Below, one piece after another: positions 56,076 through 64,000 of a stretch of 64,000 nt of DNA (position 1 is its first letter; every line of letters begins with the position of its first letter). Both the position numbers and the translations under genes were made by a program. This DNA comes from Octopus sinensis (Eukaryota): positions 92,008,001 through 92,072,000 of the forward strand of contig NC_042997.1 of the NCBI RefSeq assembly GCF_006345805.1, in the 5' to 3' direction. Under the pieces are notes generated by a model. The model saw only the letters and a list, made by a program, of their open reading frames with translations, was not told where the DNA came from and did no database searches.

Positions 56076-56578
56076 GGGAGATTTGGCTGTTGTTTCTAGC
56101 ACAACAATCTGCCACATTTCTTTATCACTCTCGCATGTATTGAGGTTTTTCAATATTTTTGTCCCCATAAATACATTTATATGCTAAAGAAAAGAAAATT
56201 TGAAAAATTATGAATTTTTTGCAACCAATTGTTAAAATACTGCAGAGCTTGAGAAGGTCATTACTGGCATTTATCCACAGTGATTTAAAGAATGAGTTAT
56301 GTAAATGATAATTCATTTTAATAGCATACTTTTCTGTTAGAAAATGTTTTTTCTTACACACACACATGGCTTCATTTGATTGAGGTGGGGGTAAAAATTT
56401 AGATTAGTTTTTTTTTTTGTTGCTTATATTCTACCAATGGATCACGCGTGTGTTACGTTGGCATCATCATTCTATAAATTGTGTTTAATGGCAGAAAAAT
56501 ATTGGAAAACATTAATACATGTGAGAGTAAAAACAGAGGGTGGTTTGGGTTGTGCTAGAAACAACAGCCAAACCTCCC
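56076..56578. mobile_element. MITE with ~30-bp TIRs and TTAA/TTGA flanks (possibly Kolobok-type)
   Basis: TTAA|GGGAGATTTGGCTGTTGTTTCTAGCACAAC...GTTGTGCTAGAAACAACAGCCAAACCTCCC|TTGA. A TTAA TSD with purine termini fits Kolobok better than piggyBac (inference). Confidence 0.75.
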
Positions 56579-57560
56579 TTGAATTGTTTACCTTTTCCTT
56601 TGAAAATATTTACAACCTTTTTCTTTTTTTACTGAAAAGGCTCGTCCCATGGTTTTTAATAATAATAATAATAAAATGGCCAAAAACCGGTCCAGCTAGT
56701 TATCATTGTAAGGCTTATAGCATTCCAAACAGCCATAAGAACAAAATCACTTCTTAATTTAAAAAAACAAAAAATACTGGTATATTAAAATATCATTTTA
56801 TCAAAAATATTAAACAAACTCTGGAAACTGATAATATTTGTAAAATTGTGCCTCTTATCAAAGTTATACCCCTATTTTATCTAATAGCATGCAGTCATTC
56901 AACACAATCACTTAAAAATTATACCAGCATATTAAAAAATGTTCATTTTATCAAAAATATTCATTTAACAAACTCAGGAAACTGATAATATTCTCGAGGC
57001 GAGAGAGAGTGAGAGACTGTTGCAAATGAAAACAGAAAATGCCACCTACAACAAATTAATATTGTTTATTATTAAACATTAAAATCTACTCTGCTGTGAA
57101 TATTTAAATTTGTAAAACACTGGACGCAGTGAATGCACAAATATTTAAATTTACAAAAAATTGGACTTAAAAAATTCAATAAACTTCAGAAATCAAAATT
57201 ATAGGAAATTTCTTAGCATAAGAATTTATAAAAATATTTCCAGATGGTCAAACCTTTAATAATTGCTTTCTTTTAGTAATTTTAGTAACTGTTACATAAT
57301 TAATTAATTACAAAGAATATGGTTAAAATTTTAGAACTTATAAGAAGGAGTTCCGCTGGTTCTAAATGTGCTGATATGTTCCTTTTGTTGGTGCTCAGGA
57401 TTTTACAAAATTTTTTGATTTCAATAAATATTTTACAACAGTAGATAACAATATAGTTTAGATGAAGTACTTTTCCCTTTCGAAGAATAACTGAATATTT
57501 CTCAGCAGGTACTAAACCAATAAAAATCAGCAATAAGCTATATAAGCATTAAGTACATAC

Positions 57561-57684
57561 CCGCTGAAGGCTGTATGTATAATAAATACACATGTACATG
57601 CCTTGTAATAAGGCTGCAACTGAGTTGACAAATACAACGGTAAATACTCTTCGGAGAAGTCCATACTTCAGCCACAAACAGGCA
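57561..57684 (-). CDS. SLC50A1: SWEET1 exon 3 (124 nt)
   Basis: ttccttgttgcag|TGCC...CAGCGG|gtatgt encodes ACLWLKYGLLRRVFTVVFVNSVAALLQGMYMCIYYTYSLQR with the WLxYG motif and conserved Asn. Confidence 0.95.
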
Positions 57685-57781
57685 CTGCAACAAGGAAAAT
57701 GTTAAACATACTTTACTAAGAAAATAGAAAAAAATACCATTATACCATATTATAAGTTCTTGTGACTGATATATGATACAT

Positions 57782-57813
<32 letters not shown>

Positions 57814-60759
57814 ACACAACATTTTTCAGTTAGTTAATATGAAATAAGTCATGTAAGTGGCAAACTATTATTAGTATGTTAACAAAGAAAACATAAAAGA
57901 TGAAAATGCACATAAAAATAATCAACAAATTTTAAGTATTGGTCTCTTTTTTCTTTCCTTTTCAATATTTAATTTGTGGTAAGCACAAAGCAAATTTTTA
58001 CAATAGGAAAAGTATGGTAAAGTTAATTACTCCTAGGTCCCTATAAGTATTTATTTCATTAACCAAGACAACTACAAATAAAGTTAACTATGGCAGAGTT
58101 CAAATTCAGAACAGAGGGCCTTCAAAACAATACACTTTGTCATTTTTGTTCAGTTGTCTGCAACAATGGATTGAAATTACATACTGTATTAAGTATAGTA
58201 AGTTTTTTTAGTCCATTGTTGCACAAAACTCACTCTTCAACATTTTTAATAGGTTAACAGAAGAGATGTAGTTTTTCAACTATTTTCAAAAACAAGTAAA
58301 TAAATGCTGTAATGTCTTACTAGTTCAAAGTTTTTCTTCACACACACGAGAGAAAGATTTTATGATAAAAGTATTGGTATTTTCTATTTCATATTGGAAC
58401 CTAATGTATTATGCACAAACAACTACAAACCTTTTGTTTTGTAGATTAGTCTATACTCAACAATATCTAACTACTGGAGCACCACCAATTTGAATCTTCT
58501 CTTGACTTATATTAATGATGCAATGGCTTTTATTCTTTTCAATTCAACAACTCTGTGTTAAACCTACCAGAGTTACTAGATACATACACTTCACCGCCTT
58601 TAGATATGCATATTATATTTTTGCCTTCTATTCTCATGGTTTTGACAGCTAACTATAGGGATAAAGTCATAAAGCTACTCTTAACAGAATGCTTACTTCC
58701 CAGAAAATTTGCCTTAATGTTTCTCTTGCACCTCTCACTCTAAACTATTTTTCATTCATTAACTATATAAAAACCTCTAATTTTGCTAACATAGGCACTT
58801 ATCAATTGAAAATTTTCACTTGAATTCCAAGATATTTTCTCTCTCATATGTAGTTCTTCACACAGTGCAAAAAATATTAACAGATTTCTTAATATTTTTA
58901 TGTACCTATGAAAAATATTCAACAACTAACCAATACATTGAACTGTAACTTTCCTTCAGGCAAAATTTTCTAAACACAAATCCTTCAGATATATTATAAC
59001 TGAAAACAGAAGCAATAATAACTAACATCTCCCTTAAATTTAGTTTTTAACCGATAAAAATTTTAGAGAGCAATTGGTCATATCATTAGCATACCTTCTA
59101 GATGAATTCTTATATACCTTTTGTAAAATATATTTAAGTTTCCATTCACATATGAAATGCAACTTAATTATTCTTCTACTGTTTATTTCTTTTATTGTAA
59201 ATATTTCCATTTTATAAAATAAAATTACATTTTTTTATCCTTTCTTTCTCAGAACTGCAATTTTTTTTTTAGATTTCTAATATTTTCTAAGCATTAACCA
59301 CATTACACAAGACCTCCAATTATCGCTATCCACATATAAGAAAACAATGATGTCTTTACTCATTACCCTTATCACACTAATAAATACAAAAAGAAGTTAT
59401 CTAAAAACAGTATCTTGGAACATAAGTATATTATATTTCATGAGAAGACACACCCAGGAGCACTTTCCTGCTATGAGAATCACTGTAGAGAGAAATCTTA
59501 CTGAAACAATTCAACACTTAGCTTATCATTATGTGCATCTAGTCATGAGAGAAAAAAAAAATCAGACTTAACAATACTCATGTACTAAAGCTGGTAAATT
59601 TTACATCCAACAGAATATTATTGTGATCAAGATACACTATGAGAACTTTGGTTTGTTGTAAAATATCAACTCTATAAAAAAAAGGCTGACAATTGTAGCA
59701 GCTATATCATACTCTGACATTCTTTTAACATCTAGAGATTCCACCAAGTCTATCTTTTGTCTTTACACTAATACAGAGTATTGATGATAGCTTATATTAT
59801 ATCACCAATACATTCCCAGAAGAAAAATGAATTCTTAACTTTGGCTTGTTCACAGCACATAGCTATTAGATAGTACCAAAAGAAATGGAACTCACTATTG
59901 CAAACAGCAAATACATTAAAGTATCTGATGAATATTTGCTTTGCTCAGAGTTGCAACACTTGGTGCAATTTTCCCAAAGGCTACATATATTGAGGAAATA
60001 ATCCAAGAAACAAATACTACTAATAATAAAAGCAGCAACTACAAAACTAGTAATAGTTCCTAATTTTGGCACAAAGCCAGCAATTCAAAGGGGAGGGGAT
60101 TAGTGGACTATTACTTTATTTATCGGCCCTGGGAGGATAAAAAGTGATGTTGACTTCAGTGTGAGTTGAACTCAGATATACTGCAAAGCATTTTGTCTGA
60201 TGCTCTAATGAATCTGCTATTCCACACCCCTAAACAACAACAATAATAATAATAATAATAATGTTAATAATAATAATGATGATAATAACAATAATGATAA
60301 TAATACTGATTTCTGATCTAGGTACAAGGCCAGTAATTTTGAGGAGAGGTGAGAGCTGATTACATGACCTTTATACATGACTAGTACTTTATTTTATCAA
60401 CCCCTAAAAAGCAGAATCACAAAGTGGAATTTGAACTCAAAATGTAAATAACTAGAAGAAATACCACAAGGCATTTTTGTGACACACTAATGATTCTGCC
60501 AACCCACCATCATTATAATTATTTCTAATTTAGGTACAAGGCCAGCAGTTTTTTAGGAAAATAGGTTTATTGATATCTTTGACCCCAAAACTTGACTAGA
60601 ATTTTCTTCTATCGGTCCTGAATAGATGAACAGTAAAGTTAACATTGGTAGGATTTGAACACAAAATACAAAGATCCAGAACAAATACTGCAGGGCATTT
60701 ATCCTGGCACTCTAATGATCCTGTCGTTTCACTGCCCTAAATAATATTACTCTACAAAT

Positions 60760-61170
60760 GTGAAAAATGGAAAGTGACAAAAATGGAAGAAAAAACAATG
60801 GACAGCTTCTAATTCACATGCTTAAGGAGAATACTCGACATCAAGTGGCTGCAAAGAGTCTGAAATAACAGCTGAGATGACAACAGGCATCAACAGGACC
60901 AGTGATGAAATAAGACACAAATGTTGGAACTAGATTGGACATGCCCCTAGACAAGATCAAGAAAGTGATTGTATAGTGGTACTAAAGTGGCAACCTGAGG
61001 GGAAAAGAGCAGTAGGGCACCCCTAAAACCATATGGCAAAGGACTATTGACAAGGATAGGAGATGAGAAGAGTGGAGAAACTGGAACGAGACCAGAACAG
61101 TGGCAAGAAACAACTGGCGAGAGAGACTATGTTGCAGCCTTATGTGCTTCATGGCATGGACAGAACTAAC
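60760..61170 (+). mobile_element. RTE-clade LINE 3' fragment (another family)
   Basis: CLRRILDIKW, IGHAPR, LKWQPEGKRAVGHP. Confidence 0.78.
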
Positions 61171-61429
61171 TAACTAATAATAATAATAATAATGGTTTCT
61201 GACTTTGACACAAGGCTAGTAACTGAGGAAAAGGGGTTAGTCAATATCATTAAATCCAGTATATGACTAATAATCCATTTCATTGATTTTGGAGAGAGGA
61301 AAGGCAAAGTTGACCTTGGCAGGATTTGAACTCAGGACATGGAAAGCTGGAATGAAGAGCGCAAAGCATTTTTTCACACTAATAAATTTTCAATTTCCTG
61401 CCCTAAATAATAATAATAATAATAATAAT

Positions 61430-61890
61430 AAAACACATCTATAGATAAAGCCTCAAAAGTGAGTGTGGTACCTATTGTGATTGGTGCACTTGGGACCATC
61501 TCAAAGAAAGCAATATTCTGGCACCAAAAGCTACAAATAAACTTCATCAGAAGTACTCAACTGACAGCAATACTTAGAACATGTGTTGAGAAAAGTGTTG
61601 TGTCTCTAAGTTGCAGAATGGAGCTGAGATGTGGCACAGATAACTCAGAAGATAGGATAATAATAGTAACTAGCTGGACCCATGAAAGATTATATACTTA
61701 CAAATGTATATAACATACAGAAAATAGCACTACTTAGGCACTGCACACATCCTACGTAAAGCACTTTCAATACAGTGAAAATAAGAGTACCACAACAAAC
61801 CACAGCACATACCCAAGGCACACAGAGCTGCGCTCAGTAGAGCTGTGAAAGCACATGATAAAAATAAGACTACTGAATAATAATAATAAG
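61430..61890 (+). mobile_element. Two R4/Dong-like (RLE) non-LTR 3' ends embedded in (AAT)n
   Basis: VVPIVIGALGTISK and IQKIALL-G-TAHILRKALSI* (one frameshift); flanked by TAA repeats, the known Dong target. Confidence 0.72.
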
Positions 61891-62164
61891 CAAAAGTTAT
61901 TGACTGGAAAATATTCATCAACTACATAGAGAGAGAGTCTTAGACATAATAATGAAAACTATTATATTAATAGTTATTGCCAAGCTAACATGCCAGTCCA
62001 GAAAAATAGGACAGATGCTGCCACTGATGAGCTCCAAGAGGCCAAGAGTGATTTAGAAATAATATTTCTATTATTACTTAAATGTTTTTCAATAAAGCAG
62101 TTAATAAACTGAAATCCAACTAATCCAAAAAGAGTGATTTTATGACCAGGCAGTTCTATGTATT

Positions 62165-62198
<34 letters not shown>

Positions 62199-62359
62199 TG
62201 AGAAAGTTGGTGTGTGAAAGCACGTGGTTCAATATATAGAAAATAGTAAAAAGTGAAAAAACTACAGAAGGCTTGTTTTAAGAGGTTAAAAAATATATAT
62301 TTGAGTCAATATGTCTGAAGAATATTATAAATTTTTTTCATACAATGACATAGTTTTTG

Positions 62360-62399
62360 AAGAAATGACCGGTTTCGCATTCAGCTTTTCAAATTTCTT
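62360..62399 (-). ncRNA. Minimal type-I hammerhead ribozyme, U3-A8 variant (sense to SLC50A1)
   Basis: AAGAAAT TTGAAAA GC-TGAAT-GC GAAA CCG GTC^ATTTCTT: 7-bp stem I, 2-bp stem II, palindromic ACCGGT stem III, GUC site. Confidence 0.65.
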
Positions 62400-62891
62400 A
62401 CATCGTTATGTTTACGTTGAGAAGAGTTCCAGATAAGGGGAGGTAATAAGTGATTTCTTCTGGTGTAAGGGAGATAATCGCTTAAAATTGTTTGCCTTTC
62501 TTTTGGAGTGAATTTCTCTGTATAAGTATGTTGGAATGGTTAAGTTTGGGCTTGTATTTTTCAATGAAGAATGTTTCCTTGTTTAGTCTAATTTGTGTTG
62601 GTGTTCCGATAGCACATTGGTAAAATGGAAAGATTAAAAATTGTGGTAGTAGTTGCTTTGCGCATTTCTCAATGTGCTCACTAAAGGAAACATTCTTCAT
62701 TGAAAAATACAAGCCCAAACTTAACCATTCCAACATACTTATACAGAGAAATTCACTCCAAAAGAAAGGCAAACAATTTTAAGCGATTATCTCCCTTACA
62801 CTGGAAGAAATCACTTATTACCTCCCTTTATCTGGAACTCTTCTCAACGTAAACATAACGATAACTCTTCTCAACGTAAACATAACGATGC

Positions 62892-62931
62892 AAGAAATTT
62901 GAAAAGCTGAACGCGAAACCGGTCATTTCTT
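62892..62931 (+). ncRNA. Minimal type-I hammerhead ribozyme, U3-A8 variant (mirror copy)
   Basis: AAGAAAT TTGAAAA GC-TGAAC-GC GAAA CCG GTC^ATTTCTT. Confidence 0.65.
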
Positions 62932-63045
62932 CAAAAACTATGTCATTGTATGAAAAAAATTTATAACATTCTTCAGACATATTGACTCAAATATATATTT
63001 TTTAACCTTTTAAAACAAGCCTTCTGTAGTTTTTTCACTTTTTAC

Positions 63046-63088
<43 letters not shown>

Positions 63089-63610
63089 AGACAAATTTGA
63101 AGTATATAAAATATACAATAATTCTTTGTCAAAGCAATTTCATACTGTGTATGCAAAGAATATGTACAATGTGTGTAAGCCTGTATCAGAGAGTATATAT
63201 ATGCATGAGATCCAAGGCGAATCTAAGGAAATTTAATATCATCATAGTCTAGATTCTGTTTATCTAAATCTTCAAAACAAAACTAAATATGAAGAATGTA
63301 TGCCTAATATATAAAGGCATTTTATCACATTTTGAGTGATATTGAATTGTATTTGTAAAAATCTCAAAACTACCAATGTAATAATTAAAATTTCTATTTA
63401 ATAAAATTTACTATGCATAATAAACTAAATGTTTCTGCAGTTAAACACTATTTTTTGTTATTTTTAAAATAATCCTTTTTCTAGAAATAACATTACTAGT
63501 TTTAATATTCTGGTTTTAAAGGGTTAATACAACTCCAAATATTTTGCATGCTAATTAAATGTTTTAGTAAAACTGTCAAATCTATAAAATTAGATGCTCT
63601 TTGTATTTAC

Positions 63611-63688
63611 CTGATAAACATGATAAGGAACGGAATGAAAGAAATGTCACCTGGACTTCCTTTACGTGCAATTTTGGCACAGATTTCA
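63611..63688 (-). CDS. SLC50A1: Sugar transporter SWEET1 exon 2 (78 nt)
   Basis: ttttcaatttcag|TGAAATC...TTTATCAG|gtaaat encodes EICAKIARKGSPGDISFIPFLIMFI(S); phase 2/2; MtN3 repeat 1. Confidence 0.92.
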
Positions 63689-64000
63689 CTGAAATTGAAA
63701 AATATTATATGCAACAATATTTTAGAAGAAAATTGTATAATAAAATCTTTGGCATTATTCATTAATTATATATAGTGAGGTGGTGGTGAGGAATAAGCTT
63801 TTGAAGAATCAAACCCACATTCCTTTTCCATTCTTTGCTGGAATTGTTCCACATAATGCACTACTGCCTTTTGGAAAGGCATGAATGCTCCAACATATCA
63901 TTCCTCTTTGCTAATAACTTTGAAAGCCTAAAACAAGGGTATTTTTTAATATATAGATTATATTAATTCTTAAAGGAACAACAGTGCAGCCATAATTTAT

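Larger units (their letters stand above)
62240..63051. mobile_element. Penelope-like 3' end with an inverted duplicated pseudo-LTR (arms 62240-62580 / 62684-63051)
   Basis: Minus strand encodes a GIY-YIG C-terminus (HIEKC..FLIFPFYQC..RLNKETFFIEKYKPKLN); arms near-identical, with a 27-bp tandem duplication in the right arm. Confidence 0.9.

Noticed and set aside
59895-59979. Minus-strand AG/GT-bounded 85-nt segment as a possible SLC50A1 exon 2
   Set aside because: Wrong phase or a stop in the needed frame; the true exon 2 is at 63611-63688.

Overview
AT-rich, microsatellite- and transposon-dense eukaryotic DNA. The repeat families suggest a coleoid cephalopod, most likely Octopus (inference from recalled repeat sequences). 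The ORF track is mostly artefact; the real genes are small spliced exons found by reading splice sites. (1) FUNDC1, minus strand: coding exons 13754-13890 and 665-740, probable non-coding first exon ending at 18070, ETS and NRF1-type motifs at 18229-18257; the 3' exons lie left of the window. (2) SLC50A1/SWEET1, minus strand: exons 63611-63688, 57561-57684, 51127-51288, 46870-46989 and 44386-44484, all in phase; exon 1 lies right of the window. The rest is decayed Penelope-like elements, RTE/CR1/R4-Dong LINE fragments, tRNA-derived SINEs, a pogo/Tigger relic, several MITE types and simple repeats. Most notable: a Penelope-derived ~340-bp-arm hairpin in SLC50A1 intron 2 with a minimal hammerhead ribozyme (U3-A8 variant core) in each arm; loss of the canonical LIR tyrosine in FUNDC1; many long intronic fold-backs; and an unassigned possible exon chain between the two genes. 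No CRISPR array or tRNA/rRNA gene was found. TE boundaries are approximate unless a TSD is given.
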